Below are positions 18,369-27,400 of a DNA stretch of 64,000 nt, one piece after another. The notes beneath the pieces are model-generated. The model was not told the origin of the DNA, did no database searches, and worked only from the letters and a program-made list of their open reading frames with translations. Within the stretch, counting starts at the first letter, position 1, and every line of letters begins with the position of its first letter. A program made the position numbers and the translations under genes. The DNA is from Candidatus Marinacidobacterium sp. (GTDB lineage: Bacteria; Acidobacteriota; Vicinamibacteria; Marinacidobacterales; Marinacidobacteraceae): positions 480,001 through 544,000 of the forward strand of contig OZ242011.1 in assembly GCA_965204755.1 (NCBI GenBank), given 5' to 3'.

Positions 18369-19397
18369 TCAATCGTCCGCGTCTTCGGCGGCCGAATCCG
18401 GCTCCTGGAAGGCGACGACTTCGGCCAGCGTTCCGGCGCCGAGGGCCGCCATCACCACGCGGTCCACGCCGAGGGCCACGCCCGAGCAACGCGGCAGTCC
18501 GCCTTCCGAAAGCGCGGCGAGGAATGCAGGATCCGGCTGCCGTTCCGGAAGACCCGCGTTCCGCCGCGCCCGGTTTTCGGCGGCGAAGCGGCGGCGGTGT
18601 TCGTCGGGGGATTGCAACTCGTCGTAGCCGTTCGCCAGTTCCAGCCCGGCGAAGAACGCCTCGAACCGCTCGGCGGTGCGCCGGTCGTCGTCCGAGAGAC
18701 GCGCGAGGGCGGCGAGCGGCGCCGGGTAGCGGGTCACGAAGACCGGCGCATCGCGCGGCAGGCCGGGCTCGACCGAGCGGGCGAAGAGGTAGTCGAGCGC
18801 CCCCGCCCGATCGGAGTCGCCTCCGTCCGGACACCCCTCCGCGCGGGCGGCGCGCCGGAGGTCGTCGTCGGAAGCGGCGAGCGGGTCGAGCCCGACAGCC
18901 GCCTCGAACACCTCCCGGTAAGTCGTCGTCACCGCCGGCGGCGAGCCGAGCAGGTGGGAGAGAAGCAGGTCCATTTCCCGCAGGAGGCCCGCGAGCGGCC
19001 CCGGGCGGTACCACTCGGCGATGGTGAACTCGACGGCGTGGCGGCGGCCGCTCTCGCCTCCGCGAAATGCCTTGACGACCTGGTAGATGGGGCCGCTCCC
19101 GGCGGTCAGCAGCCGCTTCATCGGGAACTCCGGGGAGGTATGGAGGAAGCCGCCGCCGGCCGGCACGCTCTCGAGGTGCCGGTCGGGAACCGCGTGGCGG
19201 CCGAGGATCGGCGTTTCCACTTCCAGGTAACCGCGCGCTTCGAGGAAACCGCGCAGGCGGCGGACGATCTCCGCGCGGCGGCGAAGGTGTTCGAGCGGCG
19301 CGCTCGGCCGCCATTCGGAAGACGCGGGAACGGAGGCCGCGCCGACGGAGTCAGCCGCCGTCGGCCCGCCGCCTCGGGCGGCGGCAGGCGAGGTCAG
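18369..19397 (-). CDS. epmA: EF-P lysine-34 beta-lysyl ligase (EpmA/GenX/PoxA)
   Basis: Motifs [52 protein letters not shown] and GVALGVDR. It has no anticodon-binding domain and lies directly after efp. The start codon is uncertain. Confidence 0.9.
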   Translation of the reverse strand: MTSPAAARGGGPTAADSVGAASVPASSEWRPSAPLEHLRRRAEIVRRLRGFLEARGYLEVETPILGRHAVPDRHLESVPAGGGFLHTSPEFPMKRLLTAGSGPIYQVVKAFRGGESGRRHAVEFTIAEWYRPGPLAGLLREMDLLLSHLLGSPPAVTTTYREVFEAAVGLDPLAASDDDLRRAARAEGCPDGGDSDRAGALDYLFARSVEPGLPRDAPVFVTRYPAPLAALARLSDDDRRTAERFEAFFAGLELANGYDELQSPDEHRRRFAAENRARRNAGLPERQPDPAFLAALSEGGLPRCSGVALGVDRVVMAALGAGTLAEVVAFQEPDSAAEDADD

Positions 19398-19966
19398 GTC
19401 TTGACCCGCGCCACATACGCCCCGGTGCGCGTGTCGAGGCGCAGGACTTCGTCCACTTCGACGAACAGCGGGACGCGCACCACCGCGCCGGTTTCCAGCG
19501 TCGCGTTCTTGGAACCGCCGCTGGCGGTATCCCCCCGGATTCCCGGCTCGGTCTCCACCACCTTCAACTCGACGAACTGCGGCGGGTTCACCAGCAGCAC
19601 CGCGTCGTTGTAGAGGGTCACCGCGCACTGCATCCCCTGCCGGATCCACTTGGCGCCGTCGCCGAGCGCCGAAGCGCCCGCCGAGAACTGTTCGTAGGTC
19701 TTCGGGTCCATGAAGTGCCATTCCCCGCCGTCGCTGTACAGGAACTGCATCTCCGTGTCCATGACATCGGCGGCCGGCGCCTTTTCGCCCGACTTGAGCG
19801 TCTTGTCGAGCACGCGCCCGGTCTTCAGGTTGCGGTAGCGGATGCGCGTGAACGCCTGCCCCTTTCCCGGTTTCACGAACTCGCAGTCGAGCAGGACGCA
19901 GGGGTCGCCGTCGAGCAGCACCTTGAGCCCGGCGCGGAACTCGTTCGTCTGGTAGGTATCGGCCAA
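19394..19966 (-). CDS. efp: Elongation factor P
   Basis: Motifs FVKPGKGQAF, LYSDG, TEPGIRGDT, ATLETGAVVRVPLFV and DTRTGAY. TTG start with a GAGGAG RBS. Confidence 0.96.
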   Translation of the reverse strand: MADTYQTNEFRAGLKVLLDGDPCVLLDCEFVKPGKGQAFTRIRYRNLKTGRVLDKTLKSGEKAPAADVMDTEMQFLYSDGGEWHFMDPKTYEQFSAGASALGDGAKWIRQGMQCAVTLYNDAVLLVNPPQFVELKVVETEPGIRGDTASGGSKNATLETGAVVRVPLFVEVDEVLRLDTRTGAYVARVKT

Positions 19967-19992
19967 GAGACTCTCCTCGGGGCTTTTCCGGG

Positions 19993-21243
19993 TCACACCT
20001 CGGTCAGCAGGTGGCCCATGCGTTCCTTCTTGGTGCGCAGGTAGTCGCGGGAATGCTCGGTCGCCGGCACCTCGATCGGCACGCGGCCGGCGATCTCCAG
20101 CCCGTGCGCTTCGAGGGCGACGAACTTCCGCGGGTTGTTCGTGAGCAGCCGGATGCGGCCGACCCCGAGTGCGCGGAGGATCTGCGCGCCGACGCCGTAC
20201 TCCCGCTGGTCGGCGCGAAACCCCAAGTGGTGGTTCGCCTCCACGGTATCCATGCCGTCGTCCTGCGCGGCGTAGGCCCGCAGTTTGTTCACGAGGCCGA
20301 TCCCCCTCCCCTCCTGGTTCAGGTAGAGGAGCACGCCGGCCCCTTCCTCCCCGATCCGGGCGAGCGCCGCTTCGAGTTGCGGGCCGCAGTCGCAGCGCAG
20401 CGAACCGAACACTTCGCCGGTCAGACATTGGCTGTGCACCCGGACGAGCGCCGGTTCCTCGGGCCGCGCCTCGCCGAGTTGCAGCACCAGGTGTTTCGCG
20501 CCGTCGAGGGTGTTCTCGAAGGCCAGCGTGCGGAAAGTCCCGAACCGGGTGGGGAGCACCGTTTCCGCGAGCCTCCTCACCAGGGATTCGGTGCGCAGCC
20601 GGTGGCGGATCAGGTCGGCGACGCTCACGATGCCGATCCCGTGGCGGTCGGCGAACGCCTCGAGGTCCGGGAGCCGCGCCATCGAACCGTCCTCGTTCAT
20701 GACCTCGCAGATCACCGCCGCCGGCTCGAGACCGGCCAGGCGCGCCAGGTCCACGCCCGCCTCCGTCTGGCCGGCGCGCTGCAGCACGCCGCCGGGGCGG
20801 GAGCGCAGCGGGAACACATGACCGGGGCGCACCAGGTCGCCGGGCTCGGTGCCTCCGGCGATGGCCACCCGCACCGTACGCGCGCGGTCCGCAGCCGAGA
20901 TTCCGGTGGTTACGCCGTGTTTCGCCTCGACGGAAACGCAGAACGCGGTCTCGTGCACCGAGGTGTTGTCCCGCACCATGAGCGGGATTTCCAGGGCGTC
21001 CAGCCGCTCCGGCGTCATCGGCATGCAGATGAGGCCCCGCCCGTGGGTCGCCATGAAGTTGATCGCGTCGGGCGTGACTTTCGACGCGGCGATCGTCAGG
21101 TCCCCTTCGTTCTCCCGGTCCTCGTCGTCCACCACGATGACCATGCGGCCGGCGGCGATCGCCGCCACCGCCGCCTCCACCGACAGGAACGGGCCGGAGG
21201 AGCCCCTTCCGGCGTCGGGCGGTTCGGGTTCGGCGGGGCTCAT
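19993..21243 (-). CDS. ribBA: Bifunctional DHBP synthase / GTP cyclohydrolase II
   Basis: Motifs [57 protein letters not shown] and LLTNNPRK. Confidence 0.96.
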   Translation of the reverse strand: MSPAEPEPPDAGRGSSGPFLSVEAAVAAIAAGRMVIVVDDEDRENEGDLTIAASKVTPDAINFMATHGRGLICMPMTPERLDALEIPLMVRDNTSVHETAFCVSVEAKHGVTTGISAADRARTVRVAIAGGTEPGDLVRPGHVFPLRSRPGGVLQRAGQTEAGVDLARLAGLEPAAVICEVMNEDGSMARLPDLEAFADRHGIGIVSVADLIRHRLRTESLVRRLAETVLPTRFGTFRTLAFENTLDGAKHLVLQLGEARPEEPALVRVHSQCLTGEVFGSLRCDCGPQLEAALARIGEEGAGVLLYLNQEGRGIGLVNKLRAYAAQDDGMDTVEANHHLGFRADQREYGVGAQILRALGVGRIRLLTNNPRKFVALEAHGLEIAGRVPIEVPATEHSRDYLRTKKERMGHLLTEV

Positions 21244-21330
21244 GTGCGGGGGGATCGCGGCGGCGCGGGAGCGCGGGCGCGAAACCGGCAATTCTACCGA
21301 CCCCGGGCGCGATCCCCCGACCGCGGGAAG

Positions 21331-21945
21331 TCAGTCCCGGGGGCGGGCGTACTTCGCCAGGATGTCGTATTCCAGGTTCACCCGGCCGCCGGGGCGGAGG
21401 CGCCCCAAGGTGGTTTCCCGGCGCGTGTGCGGGATCAACATCACTTCGAACTCGCGGGAGGCGGGGAGCGACTTCGCCACGGTGAGGCTCACGCCGTCGA
21501 GCGCCACCGAGCCCTTCTCGACGATCCACTCCGGCGCCGGGTGGCGGACGAGGAGCCGGTAGTCCCCGTCGGGGCCTCCCGCCGCCCGCACCTCGCCGAC
21601 CGTGTCCACATGCCCCTGGACGAAGTGGCCGCCCAGCCGGTCCGACGCCCGCAGCGGCAGTTCCAGGTTCACCGCCGCCCCCGCCGCCAGCGCGCCCAGG
21701 GTGGAGCGGGCGAGCGTCTCCACCGCGACCTCGAACGCCGCCTCCCCTCCGCCGTCGCTGCTGCTGCTGCCGCCGCCGCCGGGCCCGACCACGGTGAGGC
21801 AGACGCCGGCGACCGCCACGCTGTCGCCGACCGCCGACTCCGCGAGGAACCCCTCCGGCCCCCGCACCGCCAGCCGCGCCCCCCCGCCGGCGAGCGGCGC
21901 CCGCTCGACGACTTCCCCGACGGCGGCGACGAGTCCGGTGAACAC
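21331..21945 (-). CDS. ribE: Riboflavin synthase (alpha chain)
   Basis: GTG start giving MFTGLV, then GDSVAVAGVCLTV, VNLE...LGGHFVQGHVD, KGSVALDGVSLTV and VNLEYDILAKY. Confidence 0.94.
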   Translation of the reverse strand: MFTGLVAAVGEVVERAPLAGGGARLAVRGPEGFLAESAVGDSVAVAGVCLTVVGPGGGGSSSSDGGGEAAFEVAVETLARSTLGALAAGAAVNLELPLRASDRLGGHFVQGHVDTVGEVRAAGGPDGDYRLLVRHPAPEWIVEKGSVALDGVSLTVAKSLPASREFEVMLIPHTRRETTLGRLRPGGRVNLEYDILAKYARPRD

Positions 21946-22055
21946 GGGAGCGGGAGATTGCCGCCGCCGAAGGCGGAACGCAAGGCCCGCCGGGCCGCTC
22001 GAATACCCCGGCGTCCGGGCGGCGAACCGCGGCCCTTCCCCGTACGATCCCCCCG

Positions 22056-23282
22056 ATGGACGAACGGTTCCTCCGGCGGGCGCTGGAACTGGCCGCGCTC
22101 GGCCGCTACACCGCGCCGCCGAACCCGGCTGTCGGAGCGGTACTGGTACGCGACGGCCGCGTCCTCGCCGAAGCGTTCCACGCCCGCGCCGGGGGGCCGC
22201 ACGCCGAAGCGCAGGTCCTCCGCGTGGGCGCCGCCGCCCGGGGCGCGACCCTGTTCGTGAACCTCGAACCATGCTGCCATGTGGGCCGGACGCCCCCCTG
22301 CGCCGAGCGGATCATCGCCGCCGGCGTCTCCCGGGTGGTCGCCGCCCACGCCGACCCCGACCCCCGCGTCCAGGGCGGCGGCCTGGCGCTGCTGCGGCGG
22401 CACGGCGTCCCGGTGAGCGTCGGCCTGCTCGAAAGCGAGGCGAAGGAGTTGAACCGCCCGTTCTTCAAGTACCTGGAAACCGGCCTCCCCTGGGTGACGG
22501 TGAAGGCCGCCGTCTCGGTGGACGGGGTCATGGCCCCGCCGGGGACGAAGTGGATCACCCGGCCCGGGGCCCGTCGGCACGGCCGGGTGCTCCGTCGGGA
22601 GAACGAAGCCCTCCTCACCGGCATCGCCACGGTGCTGGCGGACGACCCGCAACTCACGCCCCGCCCCCGCCGCGGCGCCGGGCGCCTCCTCCGCATCGTC
22701 CTCGACCCGCTGGCCCGGACCCCGCCGGAGGCCCGCCTGTTCCGGGGAGCGGAGCGCGACCCGGTGCTGGTGCTGGTCGGCCCGGACGCCCCCGCCGGGG
22801 CGCGGCGGCGGCTCGAGGACCGCGGCGCCGAAGTGCTCCCGATCCCCCCGGCGAATCCCCCTTCCCGCCGCGCTCCCGCTCCCGGTCCCGGTCCCGGTTC
22901 CGGTCCCGATGGCGCGACCCGCGCTCCCGGCGCCCCCGGCCGGGCCCTCTCCCTCCGCGCCGCGCTCGCCGCGGTCGGCGGCCGGGGCGTCCGCACCCTG
23001 CTGGTGGAGGCCGGCCCGCGGCTCACCTCGTCCCTGCTGCGGGAAGGCCTGGCCGACCGGCTGCTCCTCTACCTGGCGCCGAAGTTCCTGGGCCGGGGCG
23101 AGGGCAGCGGCCTCTTCGACGGCGCCGCGCCGACGAACGCCGGCGGCCCCGCCCCCCCGCGCGCGCAGCCGACCCCGGCGAGCGCCCGCTACGCCCGGCT
23201 CGGCCCGGACCTCCTCGCGGACTTCCGCCTCACCGACGCCGCGCCGACCGACCCCCCGCGTCCGCCCGCCCCCCGGCCCTGA
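22056..23282 (+). CDS. ribD: Riboflavin biosynthesis deaminase/reductase RibD
   Basis: Motifs PNPAVGAV, HAE, NLEPCCH.GRTPPC, DPDPRV.G, TVLADDPQL and LLVEAG. Confidence 0.94.
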   Translation: MDERFLRRALELAALGRYTAPPNPAVGAVLVRDGRVLAEAFHARAGGPHAEAQVLRVGAAARGATLFVNLEPCCHVGRTPPCAERIIAAGVSRVVAAHADPDPRVQGGGLALLRRHGVPVSVGLLESEAKELNRPFFKYLETGLPWVTVKAAVSVDGVMAPPGTKWITRPGARRHGRVLRRENEALLTGIATVLADDPQLTPRPRRGAGRLLRIVLDPLARTPPEARLFRGAERDPVLVLVGPDAPAGARRRLEDRGAEVLPIPPANPPSRRAPAPGPGPGSGPDGATRAPGAPGRALSLRAALAAVGGRGVRTLLVEAGPRLTSSLLREGLADRLLLYLAPKFLGRGEGSGLFDGAAPTNAGGPAPPRAQPTPASARYARLGPDLLADFRLTDAAPTDPPRPPAPRP

Positions 23283-23341
23283 CCCCGACCCGGGGGCCGC
23301 CGCAGCGCGCTATCCGGGCGCCGGGATGACGCGGTGCCGCC

Positions 23342-23656
23342 TCAGGTGAACCTGAGCGCGGCGAACATGAGGCCGACGATGGCGAGGAAGGTCACCAGTT
23401 GCCGGTTCATCACCGAACTCATCTCCGAGCGCAACGCGGCGACCTCCGTGCGCAACTCGGCGATCTTGATGTCCATCCTCGCGGACAACTCGATCCGCAA
23501 GCCCTCGATGCCCTTCTCCACGCGTTCGATGTCCGCTTTCGTGGCCAAGCCGCTTCCCGCTTGGGAGACCAGCGTCACGACGGCTTGCGCCTGCGAAGCG
23601 CCGAAGCCTTCCTTCTCGAGTCGGCGGGTGGCTTCGAGGGCGTCAACGGGCGGCAT
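23342..23656 (-). CDS. DUF1640/CCDC90-like small coiled-coil membrane protein, copy 1
   Basis: VDAL...RRL...GF...QA.A...LATKADI, a heptad stalk and a C-terminal transmembrane segment. GAGGAGG RBS. Confidence 0.8.
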   Translation of the reverse strand: MPPVDALEATRRLEKEGFGASQAQAVVTLVSQAGSGLATKADIERVEKGIEGLRIELSARMDIKIAELRTEVAALRSEMSSVMNRQLVTFLAIVGLMFAALRFT

Positions 23657-23920
23657 GTCGGGAAACCTCCTCGACGAGGATCACGGCCTCGTCTTCGGCA
23701 GGATCCTAGCGCGATTCCCTCGCAGCCGGAGGAACGGCGACGGCCCCCTCCCCGTCCCGCCGGGCGCGGAGGCAGCCCCCCGGCGCCCGGCCGAAACGGA
23801 CCGGTTCGGGTCGGGTCGGATCTCCTCCGCCGCGCAGGGAAACACGGGCGGGCGCCGGACGCCCGGGCCGCGCGGCCGGCTCTTCGCCGTCCGCCCGGTC
23901 GGGCGGCGGTCCCGGACCGG

Positions 23921-25066
23921 CTATTCGCGGGCGGCGCCTTCGTCCGGCGGCGGCGCGTGCTCCAGGATGTAGTCCATCAGGCTCGGAATCCCCGGCTCCC
24001 AACTCGGTATCCCCCGCGTCTTCCAGACGAAACCCAGGTGTTCGAGGGCCGCCGCGGCCTCGAGTTCGGTAGCCCGGTCCCCGACAGCCGCCGCCCGCCG
24101 GATCGCCTTCCCGAACCCGGCATGCGGGAGCCGCTCCCGGTCGCGGAATGCCAGAGCCACTTCGCGCGCCGCCCCGAGCCATCCCTGCCGGTCCAACTCG
24201 TCGAACCGGTCGAGGTAGTAGCGGTTCCGCCGGATCTCGAACTCCCCGACCGCTTCCTCCACGACCGCCATCGTCACCGCGCCCCCTCCGCCGCCGGCCC
24301 CGCGCACCCGGTCCCACACCGCCCGGCCCCACAACTGGACGAAGAACGGATACCCGTGAGTCTCCCGGACGATGCGCGCCAGCGCCTCGTCCTCGACGCC
24401 GATCCCGTCGTCGGCCAAGGGCCGGCGGATCGCCTCCTCGGCGGCCCCCTCGTCCAACCGTCCGAGCGGGAGTTGCTCCGCCCGGTTCCAGAAAGACGCT
24501 TCCATCTCGGACAACCGAGCCCGCAGGTCGGGCGTCCCGGCGAGAACCAACAGGAAGGGCGCCCGGCGGCCGGCGATCTGCGCGGCGTTCAGCAGCCACT
24601 GCCCCACCTCCGGCTTCAGCGTATGCGCCTCGTCCAACAGGATCAGCAGCGGCTTCGCCTTCGCGCGGGCCTCGAGCGCGTCCTCGAGCGGGGGGTAGTC
24701 CTCGCCTTGGCGCAAGGAGACGCCGACGCCCCCGAAGGAGATGCTGTCCGCCGAGAGTCGGTCGAACAGCGAAGAGAGTCGGAGCCGCCGCACCAAAGCC
24801 TCCGGGGCCGGAACGCTCGATCCGGTGAGCCAGCGCGCTTCGAGCCCGTCATCGCTCTCGGCCTCCCGCTCCGCCCAAGCCAGCAGGGCCGTCTTCCCGT
24901 TGCCGCGCGGCCCGTAGAGGAGGATCGGGGCGGGGACCGACTGTCCGCGTCGAAGAGCATCGAAATGGCTGCGGAACAGCGACTGCTCCTCTTCCCTTCC
25001 GGCCAAGTACGGGGGCGGAGCCCCGGTACCGGGCTGGAACGGGCCGAGTCCGGTCGAAACGGCCAT
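23921..25066 (-). CDS. P-loop ATPase (AAA_16/STAND-like) with C-terminal winged helix, copy 1
   Basis: PFQPGTG.PPPYLAGRE, Walker A GPRGNGKT, Walker B LLDEAH, AGTP and GYPFFVQLWG. Confidence 0.85.
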   Translation of the reverse strand: MAVSTGLGPFQPGTGAPPPYLAGREEEQSLFRSHFDALRRGQSVPAPILLYGPRGNGKTALLAWAEREAESDDGLEARWLTGSSVPAPEALVRRLRLSSLFDRLSADSISFGGVGVSLRQGEDYPPLEDALEARAKAKPLLILLDEAHTLKPEVGQWLLNAAQIAGRRAPFLLVLAGTPDLRARLSEMEASFWNRAEQLPLGRLDEGAAEEAIRRPLADDGIGVEDEALARIVRETHGYPFFVQLWGRAVWDRVRGAGGGGGAVTMAVVEEAVGEFEIRRNRYYLDRFDELDRQGWLGAAREVALAFRDRERLPHAGFGKAIRRAAAVGDRATELEAAAALEHLGFVWKTRGIPSWEPGIPSLMDYILEHAPPPDEGAARE

Positions 25067-25111
25067 CGCCCGCCAAGTATAGAAACGGCGAACGCCGATC
25101 GCCGCGAGCGG

Positions 25112-26257
25112 CTACGCGCCGGCGGTTTCCTCGTCGTCCGGCGGCGGCGCGTTCTCCAGGATGCAGTCCATCAGGCTGGGAATCCCCGGCTCCCAACTCA
25201 GCGTCCCCTTCGCCTGCCAGACGAAACCGAGATGTTCGAGCGCTTTGGCCGCCTCGCCGATACCCGGCCCGCCCCCGCCGCTTCGCGCGATGGCCCGGTC
25301 GAGCGCGGCGTCGCTGAGACGGGCCTCGTCCTGAAACGCCGCCGCCACCGCCCGCGCCGCCGGAAGCAGGGCCCTCTCCTTCAATTCCCGGTAGCGGTCG
25401 GAGTAGTAGCGGTTCCGCCGGATCTCGAACTCCCCGGCGGCTTCCTCCGCGACGGCCATCGTCACCGAGCCCGCTCCGCCGCCGGCCCCGCGCACCCGGT
25501 CCCACACCGCCCGGCCCCACAACTGGACGAAGAACGGATACCCGTGACTCTCCCGGACGATGTGCGCCAGCGCCTCCTCCTCGACGCCGATCCCGTCGTC
25601 GGCCAGCGGCCGGAGGATTGCCTCCCCGGCCGCCCTCTCGTCCAACCGGCCGAGCGGGAGTTGCCTGGCCCGGTTCCAGAAAGACGCTTCCATTTCGGAG
25701 AGCCGAGCCCGCAGGTCGGGCGTCCCGGCGAGGACCAGCAGGAACGGCGCCTCGCTCCCCGCCGCCTGCGCGGCGTTCAGCAACCACTGCCCCACCTCCG
25801 GCTTCAGCGTATGCGCCTCGTCCAACAGGATCAGCAGGGGTTTGGCCCTCGCGCGCGCCTCGAGCGCCTCCGCGAGCAACAACGGCCGATCGTCGCCCCG
25901 GCGCAGCGAAACCCCCACCCCGGCCACCGAGACGCTCTCCGGCGCGATCTTCCGCAGCCACGAACCGAGCCCCAGCCGCGCCACGAAGTCGCCCGGCGAC
26001 GGGATCTCCGACCCGACCAACCAATGCGCGTCCAACGCGCCGTCCGCGGCGGCCTCCCGCTTCGCCCACCGGAGCAGCGCCGTCTTCCCGTTACCCCGCG
26101 GCCCGTAGAGGAGGATTTCGCCGGACGCCGACCGGCCGCGCCGAAGAGTGTCGAAGTACCTGCGGAACAGCGTCTGCTCCTCTTCCCTTCCGGCCAGGTA
26201 GGGAGGCGGCCTCCCGGTGCCGGGCTGGAACGGGCTGAGTCGGCTCGGAACGGGCAT
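25112..26257 (-). CDS. P-loop ATPase, copy 2 (paralogue of 23921-25066)
   Basis: Same motifs and the same 1146-nt length. Identical upstream sequence TATACTTGGCGGGCG-ATG. Confidence 0.85.
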   Translation of the reverse strand: MPVPSRLSPFQPGTGRPPPYLAGREEEQTLFRRYFDTLRRGRSASGEILLYGPRGNGKTALLRWAKREAAADGALDAHWLVGSEIPSPGDFVARLGLGSWLRKIAPESVSVAGVGVSLRRGDDRPLLLAEALEARARAKPLLILLDEAHTLKPEVGQWLLNAAQAAGSEAPFLLVLAGTPDLRARLSEMEASFWNRARQLPLGRLDERAAGEAILRPLADDGIGVEEEALAHIVRESHGYPFFVQLWGRAVWDRVRGAGGGAGSVTMAVAEEAAGEFEIRRNRYYSDRYRELKERALLPAARAVAAAFQDEARLSDAALDRAIARSGGGGPGIGEAAKALEHLGFVWQAKGTLSWEPGIPSLMDCILENAPPPDDEETAGA

Positions 26258-26303
26258 CGCCCGCCAAGTATAGGAACGCCGAACGCCGGTCCGCCCCGAG
26301 CCG

Positions 26304-26490
26304 CTATCCGCCGATGTCGTCGGCGTCGTCCGGCGGCGGCGCGTTCTCCAGAATGCAAGGGCCGCAGCGCTCGAACCGGCCCTCCTCCCGAAACGCCGCC
26401 GCCACCGCCCGGCCGCCGGGAGCAACTCCCTCTTCGCCAGTTTCCCCGGTAGCGGTCGAAGTAGCGGCGATCCCGCCGGATATCGAAAGT
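26304..26490 (-). pseudogene. Degenerate 3' remnant of a third ATPase copy
   Basis: Fragments FDIRRDRRYFDRY / LLPAA..AVAAAFREEGR / CILENAPPPDD match the C-terminus of the two intact copies, with frameshifts and an internal deletion. Confidence 0.7.
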
Positions 26491-26532
26491 ACGGATGCGA
26501 CCGCGCCCCCGACTGCTCCGGGGGCCGCCGCC

Positions 26533-26895
26533 TCAGGTGAACCGGAGCGCGACGAACAGGAGGCCGAGGGCGGCGATCATCACCATTCGTTGGTTGCTCG
26601 CCTGTTTGTTCATCATGGCGACCAACTCCGCCCGGAGCGCGGAGATGTCGGTGCGCACCTCGGCGATCTCCGAGCGCACCTCGGCGATCTTCGTGTCCAT
26701 CCTCGCGGTCAACTCGGTCCGCAGGCCCTGGATGTCCTTCTTCGTGGAGGCCTCCAGGCGTTCGATGTCCGCCTTCGTGGCCAGGCGGGTTCCCGCGTGG
26801 GCCACGATCGTGACGATGGCTTCCGCCTGCGGGGTGGCGAAGCCCGCCTTCTCGAGTTGGCGGGCGGCCTGGAGGGTGTCCACGAGGGGCGGCAT
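26533..26895 (-). CDS. DUF1640-like protein, copy 2
   Basis: VDTLQAARQLEKAGF...LATKADI, heptads and a C-terminal transmembrane segment ending LRFT. Confidence 0.8.
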   Translation of the reverse strand: MPPLVDTLQAARQLEKAGFATPQAEAIVTIVAHAGTRLATKADIERLEASTKKDIQGLRTELTARMDTKIAEVRSEIAEVRTDISALRAELVAMMNKQASNQRMVMIAALGLLFVALRFT

Positions 26896-26933
26896 ATACG
26901 ACCGCGCCTCCGACCGGGCCGGGGGCCGCCGCC

Positions 26934-27284
26934 TCAGGTGAACCGGAGCGCGACGAACAGGAGGCCGAGGGCGGCGACCATCACCATCCGATGGTTGCTC
27001 GCCTGTTTGTTCATCATGGCGACCAACTCCGCCCGCAGCCCGGAGATGTCGGTGCGCACCTCGGCGACCTCCGCGCGCACCTCGGCGATCTTCGTGTCCA
27101 TTCTCGCGGTCAACTCGGTCCGCAAGCCCTCGATGTCCTTGGTCACGCGTTCGATGTCCGCCTTCGTGGCCAGGCGGGTTCCCGCGTGGGCGACGATCGT
27201 GACGATGGCTTCCGCCTGCGGGGTGGCGAAGCCCGCCTTTTCGAGTTGGCGCGTGGCCTGGAGAGTGTCGACGAGGGGCGACAT
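26934..27284 (-). CDS. DUF1640-like protein, copy 3
   Basis: Near-identical to copy 2 apart from a 4-aa indel and a few substitutions. ATG 27284 with a GAGGAGG RBS. Confidence 0.8.
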   Translation of the reverse strand: MSPLVDTLQATRQLEKAGFATPQAEAIVTIVAHAGTRLATKADIERVTKDIEGLRTELTARMDTKIAEVRAEVAEVRTDISGLRAELVAMMNKQASNHRMVMVAALGLLFVALRFT

Positions 27285-27400
27285 GACGGGAACCTCCTCG
27301 ACGAGGAGCGCGGCCTCGTCTTCGGGAGGATCGTAGCGCGCCGGACTGCTCGCCGGCGGACGCCCGGGATGCGGCGACGCGCGACCGTCCACCGGGCGGA

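Noticed and set aside
15038-19027. 1329-aa + strand ORF, and similar long opposite-strand or alternate-frame ORFs at 175-1638, 6660-8990, 20011-22260, 23399-26452 and 59969-63725
   Set aside because: They overlap well-supported genes, are Arg/Gly/Pro-rich without motifs, and are typical stop-poor frames of high-GC DNA.
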